Below are positions 38,131-48,263 of a DNA stretch of 64,000 nt, piece after piece; the stretch's first letter is position 1, and each line of letters begins with the position of its first letter. The position numbers and the translations under genes were made by a program. The notes under the pieces were generated by a model that searched no databases, had not been told where the DNA came from, and saw only the letters and a list, made by a program, of their open reading frames with translations. Source of the stretch: a virus; the IMG/VR virus record IMGVR_UViG_3300042503_001430, positions 1 through 64,000 of that record. One strand, 5' to 3'.

Positions 38131-38474
38131 TGAAAAAGCTTCTCATTACAACTGTACTTTTGCTTAGTGGGTGTGCTGCTTCGGTTGCACCAACACCAAT
38201 AGACACCAAACCTCCACTCAACCTGCGTCCTGCTGAGCCGTTGAAGATGCGACCTGTCAAGCTACATGTCATTCACATGGGTATTGCAGAGAAGAAGTTC
38301 GAAGAGATTAGAAAGAGTGGTGAAAAGCCCGTGGTATTTGCTCTGACAGGCACCGACTACAAGAACCTAGCGGTGAATGTGCAGAGGTTGAAAGCGTATA
38401 TCAAAACACAGCAACGCATCATAAATGCATACAAGAAATATTACGAGGGTACTCAAAATGGCAACCAAAACTAA
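38130..38474 (+). CDS. Putative o-spanin lipoprotein (Rz1-like)
   Basis: MKKLLITTVLLLSGC lipobox, Pro-rich segment, Y..L..N...L..YI..Q..II..YK.YYE. Confidence 0.7.
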   Translation: MKKLLITTVLLLSGCAASVAPTPIDTKPPLNLRPAEPLKMRPVKLHVIHMGIAEKKFEEIRKSGEKPVVFALTGTDYKNLAVNVQRLKAYIKTQQRIINAYKKYYEGTQNGNQN

Positions 38475-38658
38475 GAAGACACGAAAATCGAAGAAGACTG
38501 AGAGTGTTGAGAGCGAGGTTGTTGCTGCTGTAGTTCAGCCAGTAAGACGGCGTTTGTTGCCACATAACATGGCACACGAAATCATTCTTCTACAACAGCG
38601 TGTTGCTGAATTGGAGAAAAGGTTGAATTCTGCACTTGAGCAATTATCCACAAAATAG
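38458..38658 (+). CDS. Hypothetical protein
   Basis: GAGGG SD; basic N-terminus and coiled coil. Confidence 0.5.
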   Translation: MATKTKKTRKSKKTESVESEVVAAVVQPVRRRLLPHNMAHEIILLQQRVAELEKRLNSALEQLSTK

Positions 38659-38701
38659 CAATTTTGTTGTGTTTGCTCGCTAGTTCTACTATACTAGCAT
38701 C

Positions 38702-39715
38702 ATGTTACATATCGACATTAAGTACATCTGCCTTGTTGGTCCTAGTCTGAGAAACTTCAAGAAGAAGAAAGCTTCTCTGTATAACTGCTCGTGTCCTGTT
38801 TGTGGTGACAGCGAAAAGAAGAAGTCAAAAGCACGTGGTTTCTTCTACCAGAAAGGTCAAGCGATGTTTTACAAATGCCATAACTGCTCGACTGGTATGG
38901 GTGTGGGTACGTTCTTGAAGCAACTGTTTCCTTCTTTTCATAGTGAATATTTGCTTGAGAAGTACAAGTCTGGTGTTACTAACAAAAAGACTGAAGAGAA
39001 AGTCAGTAAAGTTGTGAAGGTCAAGTTCTCAACTCTTACCAGCAAACATGCAACCAAAGTCAGTGAGCTTGAAGACGGCCATTTCGCAAAGCAGTATGTG
39101 ATTAATCGCAAGATACCAGAGAAGTATCATGCAAAGATTTTCTTCACCGAAGATTTCGCAGCATTGGTTGATGATGTATTTCCTGGTAAGTATTCGAACC
39201 TATCTAAGAATGATGCACGTCTCGTCATACCATTCTTCGATGAGAATGATGGTGTGTTGGGTCTTCAGGGTAGAGCACTATTCGCAGAGGGTGGTCTTCG
39301 ATACATCACCATACGAGCATCTTCAAACACCAATCTCGTATATGGACTAGAGCGTCTTGATGAGAAAGATACGGTGTATGTGGTTGAGGGTCCTATCGAT
39401 AGCTTGTTCTTGCCAAACTGTCTTGCTGCTGCAAACTCTGACCTCAAGTCTGCTCTAGCAAAAATTGGAACATCAGTCGATGCAGTGTTGGTGTTCGATA
39501 ATGAGCCAAGAAATAAAGAGATTGTTAGTTTGATGTCAGATGCAATTCAAGCTAACAAGAAAGTCTGTATCTGGCCGCAGAGTATCACAGAGAAAGACAT
39601 CAATGACATGGTGCTCGCAGGTCACACACCAGAGAGCATATTAGAGACGATTCGAGAAAGAACCTTTTCTGGATTGAGCGCAGAGCTTGAGCTTTCTCAG
39701 TGGAGAAAAGTATGA
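38702..39715 (+). CDS. gp61: DNA primase gp61
   Basis: CPVCGDS.....KARG, CHNC, QGR, VEGPIDSLF, DNEPRN, KDINDM. Confidence 0.95.
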   Translation: MLHIDIKYICLVGPSLRNFKKKKASLYNCSCPVCGDSEKKKSKARGFFYQKGQAMFYKCHNCSTGMGVGTFLKQLFPSFHSEYLLEKYKSGVTNKKTEEKVSKVVKVKFSTLTSKHATKVSELEDGHFAKQYVINRKIPEKYHAKIFFTEDFAALVDDVFPGKYSNLSKNDARLVIPFFDENDGVLGLQGRALFAEGGLRYITIRASSNTNLVYGLERLDEKDTVYVVEGPIDSLFLPNCLAAANSDLKSALAKIGTSVDAVLVFDNEPRNKEIVSLMSDAIQANKKVCIWPQSITEKDINDMVLAGHTPESILETIRERTFSGLSAELELSQWRKV

Positions 39716-39975
39716 ACGACAAGCAGCTTGAGTTTCTGAAAGTGATGCCCGTAGGATATATGACACCATTTGCCGGCGATGTCATACCCGATGGGTTCAT
39801 GGAAGTTAATGGTCAGCGACTGATCAAGGGTGACAACATGAGACTGTTCAACATTCTTAGGGGTGTTGTTGTTGATGATGATGTGTACTTCGTGTTGCCA
39901 ACAAAGCAAAAGCTATCTTCAATGTTCAATGGATTTGATCCACAAAAAAGCCGAATTATTATGAAGGTTCTCTAA
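39712..39975 (+). CDS. Stand-alone phage tail-collar-like domain protein
   Basis: MPVG...PFAG..IPDGF...NGQ.......LF.I......F.LP. Confidence 0.6.
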   Translation: MNDKQLEFLKVMPVGYMTPFAGDVIPDGFMEVNGQRLIKGDNMRLFNILRGVVVDDDVYFVLPTKQKLSSMFNGFDPQKSRIIMKVL

Positions 39976-40037
39976 TTCTGAGACATCGAGCCGTTATATA
40001 TACTTCTGTGGTATATGTAATAATCGCTTGATGTCTT

Positions 40038-41381
40038 ATGAAGAAAATTTGGTCTTCGCTAATACTCGCCCTATCAATTTTTGCATTTACCGTTCAATCA
40101 CGAGATGTGCCTCTAAGTAAAGCCGATTATGCGGCAGTACAAGATGAAGAGCGTTTAACAAATGTTGCGTTTGCGACATTTAACCTTACCGCACCAACAT
40201 TCAACTGTGATGGTTTCATAGCAGCAACAGCACCACTCAGAGAAATTCACATCTCATTTTTGTACAACACATTCGGTAATGATTTCTCTTGTCTTAACAG
40301 ACTTCTTACAGACCCAAGAGTGAAGAGCTTGCAGGTACACTTAATCAATGAACCTGGTCACAGAAACAATCGACTCGGTAATTATGAATTCTTGTATGGT
40401 GTTGGTTCGGTGAATGTCTGGAACAAGAAAATGGCAGCTCGTGACGCTGCATTGAAGTCTAAGTTGGCGCAGTATGTGATACCACTTCAACAAAACTTAG
40501 CAGAAAACTTGCGTGATGATATTGAATTCTATGTGAGCCCTGGACTAGAGAGCAACCTTGGTGATCGTGCAGGTCGTGTTCTTGTTGCTTGGACTAGAGA
40601 GTTGTTCCCTGATGCTAGAATTGTATGGAACGCATATCGTGGTTCTCGAAACACGATCAAACCAACACGAGCAGATTTGATGGAAGGTCATGGTTTCTCG
40701 CCAGCACTTAAAGCGCCGTGTATCTACAACATGGACGGACTAGACGTTACTTACCCAAACCGACCAGCACTCGGTCAACTGAGCCACCAAGAGGGTGGAA
40801 CAAAAAACTGGTTACAGAGTGGCACACCAATTTTTCAACAGATGGAAAAATATGCCAATCGTTGTGAGCTTTCGTTCTTGTGGACTCAAGAGTCAAACGG
40901 TCTGAGCTATAAGAGTCGAGGGTTTGTTGATCCCAGAAAGAGAAATAACAACATACCAACCACAACATATCGCATGATCATGCGTGACATTATTCGAGTT
41001 CACAAGAGGGGTGTTGTATATTCAGAAAAAGTCGCATACACATCAGCACAGAGTGTAGTGGAGAATACCTGTGCGGTATTGACCGACAAATTTGAAGATG
41101 GTGATAAGAATGGTAATTTACTCAAGCAGTCTGAATTCAGAGAAAGAGGTGGAGTTTTGATTTTGAAGAGAGAGTATTCTTCGGTGTCAAGTGTAAAGTT
41201 GGTGTATGAGAATTCAGTTATTGACACATATGAGAACACAGGTGCATACAAAGATGGCAGAGCACTATTCAGATCACGACGATCACCAACCACATATCCA
41301 TTACACACTTACCTTGTGTTCAATTTCCGAGGTAAGAGAAATTGTTACAAAATACCAAATCCTCGCATTAGACTTGACTAA
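40038..41381 (+). CDS. Secreted/periplasmic hypothetical protein
   Basis: Signal peptide MKKIWSSLILALSIFA; 447 aa with several Cys. Confidence 0.55.
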   Translation: MKKIWSSLILALSIFAFTVQSRDVPLSKADYAAVQDEERLTNVAFATFNLTAPTFNCDGFIAATAPLREIHISFLYNTFGNDFSCLNRLLTDPRVKSLQVHLINEPGHRNNRLGNYEFLYGVGSVNVWNKKMAARDAALKSKLAQYVIPLQQNLAENLRDDIEFYVSPGLESNLGDRAGRVLVAWTRELFPDARIVWNAYRGSRNTIKPTRADLMEGHGFSPALKAPCIYNMDGLDVTYPNRPALGQLSHQEGGTKNWLQSGTPIFQQMEKYANRCELSFLWTQESNGLSYKSRGFVDPRKRNNNIPTTTYRMIMRDIIRVHKRGVVYSEKVAYTSAQSVVENTCAVLTDKFEDGDKNGNLLKQSEFRERGGVLILKREYSSVSSVKLVYENSVIDTYENTGAYKDGRALFRSRRSPTTYPLHTYLVFNFRGKRNCYKIPNPRIRLD

Positions 41382-41451
41382 ACAATTTCTTGTTCTGTAT
41401 ACTTAATTCTGATATAGTCATTCACATCTTGATGACATTAAAGGAGTGTTC

Positions 41452-43380
41452 ATGAAAAATTTACCAACGCTGTACCAACAGTTCATTCACCTGTCTCGAT
41501 ATAGCCGGTGGTTGCCCGAAAAGGGTCGCAGAGAAACTTGGGAAGAAACAGTAAGTCGATATTTCACTTTCTTTGAGAATCATCTCAAATCACGATGTGA
41601 CTTTTCATTCAAAAAGTCTGCACAAGAAGAGTTGAAAGAAGCTATTTTGTCTCTTGATGTCATGCCGTCTATGCGGTGCTTGATGACCGCAGGTGAAGCA
41701 CTAGAGCGTGACGAAGCTGCTGGTTATAACTGCTCATTCATAGCAATCGATAACCCAAGAGCTTTCGATGAAATTCTGTACATTCTTTCGTGTGGTACTG
41801 GTGTTGGTTTCTCGGTTGAGCGACAGTACGTTTCTCAGTTACCGTATATTGCAGAGTCTTTCTATGACTCAGATACAACTATTGTTGTTCAAGATTCACG
41901 TATTGGGTGGGCAAAAGCTCTCAAAGAATTGATTGGTCTTCTCTATCAGGGTCAAGTGCCAAAGTTTGATGTAAGTCGTGTTAGACCTTCTGGTGCGCCA
42001 CTCAAGACGTTTGGTGGTAGAGCATCAGGTCCAGCACCCCTCGTCGCATTGTTTGAATTCTGCATCAAGACTTTCCGTTCTGCTGCGGGTAGAAAGCTAC
42101 AGTCGATAGAGTGTCATGATATTGTCTGTAAGATTGCAGAAGTCATCGTGGTTGGTGGTGTTCGTCGTTCTGCACTCATTTCATTAAGTAACTTGTCTGA
42201 TGACAGAATGCGAGCAGCAAAATCTGGTCAGTGGTGGATTGAAAACGTACAACGTGCTCTCGCAAATAACAGTGCTTGCTACACTGAGAAGCCAGACATT
42301 GGCATCTTCATGGATGAATGGAAATCACTCTATGAGTCACGTTCTGGTGAGCGAGGTCTGTTCAATCTCGTAGCAGCTAAGAAGGGTGCAGAAAACCTCG
42401 GTAAAAATTCTGATGGTGAGCAGCGCCGAGATGCATCTAAGATTGCAGGTACAAATCCATGTGCAGAGATTCTTTTGAGAAATCGTGGGTTCTGTAACTT
42501 ATCTGAAGTAGTTGTTCGTGCTGAAGATACCAAAGACACACTACTGAAGAAGGTTGAGCTTGCTACTATTCTCGGTACGATACAATCAACCCTCACTAAT
42601 TTCAGATACCTCACACGAGACTGGCAAAAGAATGCAGAAGAAGAGCGTCTTCTTGGTGTGTCTCTTACAGGTATTCTTGATAATGAGTTCATGTCAACAC
42701 CGTCTGATGAGCTTAAAGAGTTTCTGGTTGAGCTTCGTGACAGAGCAATTCAAGTTAATCGCAAGTGGGCAAAGATGCTCGGCATACCTGAGTCTGCTGC
42801 AATCACATGCGTCAAACCTTCAGGTACGGTGTCTCAGTTAGTTGACAGTGCGTCTGGTATTCACCCTCGTCACTCAGAGTACTACATTCGAACGGTTCGA
42901 TCTGACAACAAAGATCCGTTATGTGTTTTGATGAAGAACATGGGGTTCCCAAATGAGCCAGATGTTACCAAACCAGAACATACAACCGTGTTTTCGTTTC
43001 CTGTTCAGTCGCCTGGTGGTGCAAAGTATAGAGATAGTCTGACGGCGATTCAGCACCTTGAATTGTGGCTTTTCTATAAGAAGTTCTGGGCTGAACATAC
43101 AGTGTCTATCACCATCTCGGTAAAAGAGCATGAGTGGCTCGATGTCGCAGCGTATGTCTACAAAAACTTTGACCACATTTCTGGAATATCATTCTTACCG
43201 TTCAGTGATCATGTATACAAACAAGCACCTTATCAAGATTGCACCCAAGAGCAGTTCCAAGAGTTGGATTCTAAGATGCCAGCAGATGTTGATTGGACTA
43301 AATTGTCCGTGTACGAAAAAGAAGACACGACAACATCGTCCAAAGAGTTGGCGTGTTCTGCTGGACATTGTGAGATGTAG
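41452..43380 (+). CDS. nrdJ: Class II (adenosylcobalamin) ribonucleotide reductase, monomeric RTPR type
   Basis: YNC, G.GVGFS, GGVRRSA.ISL, TNPCAEI, CNLSE, TCVKPSGTVS, C-terminal ACSAGHCE. Confidence 0.92.
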   Translation: MKNLPTLYQQFIHLSRYSRWLPEKGRRETWEETVSRYFTFFENHLKSRCDFSFKKSAQEELKEAILSLDVMPSMRCLMTAGEALERDEAAGYNCSFIAIDNPRAFDEILYILSCGTGVGFSVERQYVSQLPYIAESFYDSDTTIVVQDSRIGWAKALKELIGLLYQGQVPKFDVSRVRPSGAPLKTFGGRASGPAPLVALFEFCIKTFRSAAGRKLQSIECHDIVCKIAEVIVVGGVRRSALISLSNLSDDRMRAAKSGQWWIENVQRALANNSACYTEKPDIGIFMDEWKSLYESRSGERGLFNLVAAKKGAENLGKNSDGEQRRDASKIAGTNPCAEILLRNRGFCNLSEVVVRAEDTKDTLLKKVELATILGTIQSTLTNFRYLTRDWQKNAEEERLLGVSLTGILDNEFMSTPSDELKEFLVELRDRAIQVNRKWAKMLGIPESAAITCVKPSGTVSQLVDSASGIHPRHSEYYIRTVRSDNKDPLCVLMKNMGFPNEPDVTKPEHTTVFSFPVQSPGGAKYRDSLTAIQHLELWLFYKKFWAEHTVSITISVKEHEWLDVAAYVYKNFDHISGISFLPFSDHVYKQAPYQDCTQEQFQELDSKMPADVDWTKLSVYEKEDTTTSSKELACSAGHCEM

Positions 43381-43382
43381 TA

Positions 43383-43601
43383 ATGAAGAAAATCAAAAAA
43401 GAGATCGAATGCTATGAATGTGATCTGAAGTTCACACTACAGTACAAAGGGAAGAAAACCCCTCAGTGTTGTCCGTTTTGTGGTGAGGGTGTTCATGTCG
43501 TTGAAGAGACTCCATTCTTGAAAGACTTCGATGAGTACGATAACTTTGATGATGCAGAATACTTCGATGAGTCTGAAGACTGGGACGATGAGGATGAATG
43601 A
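43383..43601 (+). CDS. Small zinc-ribbon protein with acidic tail
   Basis: C..C...CPFCG; D/E-rich C-terminus. Confidence 0.65.
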   Translation: MKKIKKEIECYECDLKFTLQYKGKKTPQCCPFCGEGVHVVEETPFLKDFDEYDNFDDAEYFDESEDWDDEDE

Positions 43602-44137
43602 ACATCGTAGTCGGTATAGACTATTCGATGTCGAGTCCTTCGGTGTGTGTTCACACAGGTAGCGAGTGGTCTTTTAGTAATTGCAAATTCTACTTTTTGA
43701 CGAGCAAGAAGAAATGCCAGTTTAATGATGGTCGTTTCTTCGGCTCGCCACACTCCGATTTCTCGTCTCAAGAAGAGAGATTCAATTCAATCGCTTCTTG
43801 GTCTATGTCTCATATACCACCACATGCAAACGTCTACATTGAGGGGTATGCATTTGCAGCAAAGGGTGTTGTGTTTAATATTGCAGAGAACACAGGTGTG
43901 CTCAAGCACAAGCTCTTTCTTAGAAATAAAAACACCCTCAGTGTTGTGGCGCCATCAGCAGTGAAGAAGTATGCAACCGGCAAAGGTAATGCAGATAAGA
44001 TGCTCATGCATGAAAGTTTTGTTACAGACACGCAATTTGATATTTCAGCAGCGATTAATTGTAACGAGGGTGAGTCGCCAATGTCTGACATTGTGGATTC
44101 ATACTTCATAGCGAAATATGCGTTCCATCAATCCTAA
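43598..44137 (+). CDS. RuvC-like nuclease/resolvase
   Basis: GIDYS..SP, IEGYA, IAEN.G.LK, P...KK.ATGKGNA.K, DIVDS. Confidence 0.8.
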   Translation: MNIVVGIDYSMSSPSVCVHTGSEWSFSNCKFYFLTSKKKCQFNDGRFFGSPHSDFSSQEERFNSIASWSMSHIPPHANVYIEGYAFAAKGVVFNIAENTGVLKHKLFLRNKNTLSVVAPSAVKKYATGKGNADKMLMHESFVTDTQFDISAAINCNEGESPMSDIVDSYFIAKYAFHQS

Positions 44138-44284
44138 TGAACAAACGCATACCTCTGGTAAGAACCCTTAATCCTATTAAAAATGTGGTGTTTAAGTAAT
44201 TGATATTATTTGTGTAAAAAACGTCTTTTTTCTGGTTTCTGAATATGCTATACTGGTTGTATATCTTTTTGGAGAACCGCAGAA

Positions 44285-45391
44285 ATGGCAAAACGTGTGA
44301 AGAGCATCAATCGTGCCCAAGTAGAGTTGAATGAGCCAACTTTCAAGAGCACCGAGCCGCAAGCTGAGTTGGTGTCGATACTAAATTGGTATAGTTACAA
44401 TAAAGACTCTGACGATGCGAAGACCTACTTTCTCACATACCTCAAGAAGTATGACATGGACGTTTTCGACAAATTAAAGACGAAAGCTTCTGAGATTCGT
44501 GTACCTACGACTATCGGGTGGTTGTGTCGAATTTACACACTGAATGAGTCATTGTTTCCTTTGCAGTATCTCAAGAACATTAAAGACGAGACAAATCGAG
44601 TCTTGCAGGTTGTCTCTACACCCACCGAAAGTGAGACTGCCGAAACAAAACCTCGTGTGGGTGTTCAAGAGCATTTACATAATCAGCTTAAAGAATTGCT
44701 CGGTGAGCTTGATTGTGAGATTGATGAGTTTGTGTTGAATAACTGCAAATCTTCTTTCTCACTCTATGAGTGGATGCAGCACCGAAAGGTAAAGCATGTT
44801 CACGCAAAAAGTATTGCTGAGTACTACGAGAAGAGCATCTTAGCAGAACTTAAACTTGCACATAGTGGTGAGTGTGAGCAGCTAAAAGAGGCATATTCGT
44901 TTCTTTCGAAGAATCAGTTGACCACATTCATCAAGTTCATCGAAGGGTTTATTGAAGATGCAAATCGATGGCAAGGTATTGCGAAACAAATATCAAGCAC
45001 GAATCGTGTGCCACGAAAGAGAAAAGCAAAACCAGCAGCGAAGCAGGTCGAAAAGCTTCAGTACCTCAAAGAGCACGAAAATCTCAAGAGCATCTTACCT
45101 TCACAAATAGTTGGTGCTACGCAGTTATGGGTATACAACGTCAAGTATAAGACGTTGGGTGTATACATCTGCAACAACGCACATGGATTCATGGTGAAGG
45201 GTTGTACGATATTGAATTATGACTTAGAAGAGTCCATTTCCAAAACTTTGAGAAAGCCTGAAGATGTGCTTCCAAGTGTTCTTGAATCTGGAAAAGTAGC
45301 TTTGCGGAAAATACTACCTTCCATCAGAACGAAGGAAAAAAAGTTGACCGGACGCATCAATAAAGATACACTACTACTCAGAGTACTGTAG
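44285..45391 (+). CDS. Conserved T4-like hypothetical protein
   Basis: LNWY, EAYS.L, P..IVGA..LWVYN.K...L, VKG.TI, KTLRKPE..L, GRIN..T.LL; GGAG SD. Confidence 0.65.
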   Translation: MAKRVKSINRAQVELNEPTFKSTEPQAELVSILNWYSYNKDSDDAKTYFLTYLKKYDMDVFDKLKTKASEIRVPTTIGWLCRIYTLNESLFPLQYLKNIKDETNRVLQVVSTPTESETAETKPRVGVQEHLHNQLKELLGELDCEIDEFVLNNCKSSFSLYEWMQHRKVKHVHAKSIAEYYEKSILAELKLAHSGECEQLKEAYSFLSKNQLTTFIKFIEGFIEDANRWQGIAKQISSTNRVPRKRKAKPAAKQVEKLQYLKEHENLKSILPSQIVGATQLWVYNVKYKTLGVYICNNAHGFMVKGCTILNYDLEESISKTLRKPEDVLPSVLESGKVALRKILPSIRTKEKKLTGRINKDTLLLRVL

Positions 45392-45392
45392 T

Positions 45393-46748
45393 ATGAAAAG
45401 TATATTTTTTGATCTTGAGACCACCGACCTAAACACGGTAGGTCAAATTCTTAATTACGCATTTGTCGAGATTGACGAAAATTGGACAATGCGCTCTTGC
45501 TTGCGTGGTAAGATTAAACTGTCACGATTGCAGTTGCCGAGCCCTGGTGCAATCTGCGCCACGAATACTGATGTGTTTGAGCACAACAGCACATCAGATT
45601 CTACCGAAGCTGTAGCGATGGCAAAAATTCAAAAATACCTCGCAGATATTGTCGAGTGGGATGATACTCGATTGATCGGGTACAACTCAAACAAGTTCGA
45701 CATACCATACCTTCGTACGAGCATGATTCGAAATGGGTTGAATCCATACTTTGGTGGTAGCATCAAGTATGGTGATCTCATTCAAGTAGTTCGTCGTCTT
45801 GCATGTGATAATCAAGCATTCGTCGATAAGCTTATCAAGAAAGAGAATGGTCAACCATCATTTACTCTTGAATCGATTGCACGTTCGTTTGGGTTGCTAG
45901 AAGAAGAGCAGAAGCACGAATCTCTATATGACGTGATGCTGACAATCAAGGTTGCTCAATACATTCATGAGAACTACGGCATTGATGTTCGAGAGTATCA
46001 GGGGTATGAAGTTACCAAGAAGAATTTCGATGTCATCAAGGTATTTCCATATACTGATCATGAAGGTAACAAGGTAGCTGATGACTACTGTTACATGGCT
46101 CTTCTTCAACAGAACAAGACACAAGCTCTCTGGATTAACCTCAAGAAGTATGAAGAGGGTTTAGGTAAAGAAGCAGTGTCGTGGTACAACAAGAACACAT
46201 CAGCACTCTATGTAAAAGAGTTTGTGTCTGGTGACGACTTTGCAAAACGAGCAGACAAAGCACGTAAAGACCTATCACACATTACCATCGACAATTTCTT
46301 TGGTCCTAAGAACTGTGATGTTGAGCAGTTCATTTTCATGCTGCCAATATCTGAGATTGGTGCTCTCTACGAAGCAATATGGATGAAAGACCCAACCACC
46401 CTCAAGACCATGAAGAGTCGATATGGTAGTCAACTGTACTTGAGACACCTATCGAACGAAGCACCAATCGAAAACATCGAATCTCAGATTAAAGATTATG
46501 CACTCTATCGCTATGGTGGTCGAATGAAGATCAGCAAAGAGAACTTCGATAGTAAGTATGAAGCTGGTGTGTATAGTGCAGACTTTCATCCAACATACAA
46601 TGAGCTATTGAATCAGATAGATGAGCTTTCTAAGAATGAGAAACACTCTCATGTTATGCAACAGCTCAAGAAGTACTACGAGACGAGCACCATTAGCTCT
46701 ATCGCAGGTGAAGACTTGAAGAAGATCGTTAGACAAAAGACTGAATAG
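45393..46748 (+). CDS. DEDDh 3'-5' exonuclease, exonuclease I (SbcB)-like
   Basis: FFDLETT, LP.P.A, GYNS..FD..YLR, HESLYDV..TI. Confidence 0.75.
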   Translation: MKSIFFDLETTDLNTVGQILNYAFVEIDENWTMRSCLRGKIKLSRLQLPSPGAICATNTDVFEHNSTSDSTEAVAMAKIQKYLADIVEWDDTRLIGYNSNKFDIPYLRTSMIRNGLNPYFGGSIKYGDLIQVVRRLACDNQAFVDKLIKKENGQPSFTLESIARSFGLLEEEQKHESLYDVMLTIKVAQYIHENYGIDVREYQGYEVTKKNFDVIKVFPYTDHEGNKVADDYCYMALLQQNKTQALWINLKKYEEGLGKEAVSWYNKNTSALYVKEFVSGDDFAKRADKARKDLSHITIDNFFGPKNCDVEQFIFMLPISEIGALYEAIWMKDPTTLKTMKSRYGSQLYLRHLSNEAPIENIESQIKDYALYRYGGRMKISKENFDSKYEAGVYSADFHPTYNELLNQIDELSKNEKHSHVMQQLKKYYETSTISSIAGEDLKKIVRQKTE

Positions 46749-46750
46749 AT

Positions 46751-47029
46751 ATGAAACTCTTTCGTAGAAAAGTAAAACTGGGTCCCATAAGTCTGCTTGC
46801 TCGCCGTGATAATCTGTTGACCAAGATGGATTTTGTACTCGACACACTTGAGCACAGTAAGTTTGACATTCTCTATATGGAGAACTTGAAAAATCCACTG
46901 ACAACCGACGAGCGTGTGTACTTCATACAGCAGATAGATAGAATTGAGTCTGCAAAGAAAACCGTCATGTGGATGAAAGAGAATGCGAAGAATAATACAC
47001 CATTCTGGAGACGATTATTGAGATGGTAA
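46751..47029 (+). CDS. Hypothetical protein
   Basis: Tightly packed ORF. Confidence 0.5.
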   Translation: MKLFRRKVKLGPISLLARRDNLLTKMDFVLDTLEHSKFDILYMENLKNPLTTDERVYFIQQIDRIESAKKTVMWMKENAKNNTPFWRRLLRW

Positions 47030-47265
47030 GTTCAACCTTCATATACACAGTAATAGCAAGTCTGATCAGTTTTCTCTTTGGTCGATATTGTGGTCGTGTC
47101 GAAGCTGCAATCATCTTCGGACAACGCATAAATTCGATAATCGATGCTATGCGAAAAGTTGAGAAGATCGCTGCTCTCAAGGGTGAAGATATGTCGAAGC
47201 TGTCTACAAGTGAGATCGTACACAGAACTCAAAAGCAGATGGAGATTATCGACGATGATTCATAG
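47023..47265 (+). CDS. Hypothetical membrane protein
   Basis: N-terminal TM helix. Confidence 0.5.
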   Translation: MVSSTFIYTVIASLISFLFGRYCGRVEAAIIFGQRINSIIDAMRKVEKIAALKGEDMSKLSTSEIVHRTQKQMEIIDDDS

Positions 47266-47380
47266 CTTTTTCTTCATCTTCATGACGCTAGTGTTCACAC
47301 TTTCTGTGTTTGCTATTGGATATTCTGTTGGGTACGACTCTGCTATCGATGATATGAAGAAGGTGCGTAATAGAAAATGA
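47255..47380 (+). CDS. Small membrane protein
   Basis: MIHSFFFIFMTLVFTLSVFAIGYSVGY; ATGA overlap with ung. Confidence 0.45.
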   Translation: MIHSFFFIFMTLVFTLSVFAIGYSVGYDSAIDDMKKVRNRK

Positions 47381-48015
47381 ACTGGGAGCAACTTCTCAAA
47401 GATGAGATTGTAAAAGATTACTTTGTTGAGTTGACCAAGACAGTCAAAGCAACATCGAATCTGTGTCCACCTGTCAATCAGATGTTCAGAGCATTTGAAC
47501 TGACGCCATTCGAAACAATTAAGGTTGTTATCTTGGGTCAAGATCCATACCACGGCGAGGGACAAGCTAACGGACTTGCATTTTCTGTCAACAATGAATG
47601 TCCGGTGCCACCATCTCTAATCAACATATTTTTTGAGCTTGATAAAGACCTCAACATCAAAAACCGAAATGGTGATTTAGCACCCTGGGCTACGCAAGGT
47701 GTTCTTCTTTTGAATTCGATCATGACTGTTGAGAAAGACAAACCAGGTTCTCATGTAAACCTCGGGTGGGAGAAGTTCACCGACAAGATCATCTCTGATG
47801 TTTCAACCCACTTGTCTAATGTGGTGTTCATTTTGTGGGGTAACTACGCACAGTCGAAAGAGTCTCTGATTGATGTGAGCAAGCATCTTATCATCAAGTC
47901 GTCACACCCATCACCACTCTCTGCATACATAAATTTTTTTGATTCTAAACCATTTTCTACTACGAATGAATACTTGAAGAGTCATTCGAAAGTACCTATT
48001 GATTGGAGAACATAA
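47377..48015 (+). CDS. ung: Uracil-DNA glycosylase family 1
   Basis: GQDPYH, GLAFSV, PPSL.NI, QGVLLLN, HPSPLS. Confidence 0.95.
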   Translation: MNWEQLLKDEIVKDYFVELTKTVKATSNLCPPVNQMFRAFELTPFETIKVVILGQDPYHGEGQANGLAFSVNNECPVPPSLINIFFELDKDLNIKNRNGDLAPWATQGVLLLNSIMTVEKDKPGSHVNLGWEKFTDKIISDVSTHLSNVVFILWGNYAQSKESLIDVSKHLIIKSSHPSPLSAYINFFDSKPFSTTNEYLKSHSKVPIDWRT

Positions 48016-48016
48016 C

Positions 48017-48262
48017 GTGATTGCTGCTATTATTATCATGCTCGGTCTGTTCGTGTCTGGATTTGTTGTGGGTTACACCGCACGATATTCAGATGAGCAG
48101 AATATCTGTCGTCGAATTGAAAAAGATGTCTACTGTCATGGTTATGAAGACGGTTTCTACCTTGGTTGGGGTGAGTATGAACCCGAAGCGTTTCGTAAAG
48201 AGATTGCAGAGAAAGCATACTACGAGTACAAGGGTCTAAAGCACGGACCAGAAAGACACTAA
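48017..48262 (+). CDS. Hypothetical membrane protein
   Basis: N-terminal TM helix; GY.DGF..G motif; GGAG SD. Confidence 0.45.
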   Translation: MIAAIIIMLGLFVSGFVVGYTARYSDEQNICRRIEKDVYCHGYEDGFYLGWGEYEPEAFRKEIAEKAYYEYKGLKHGPERH

Positions 48263-48263
48263 A

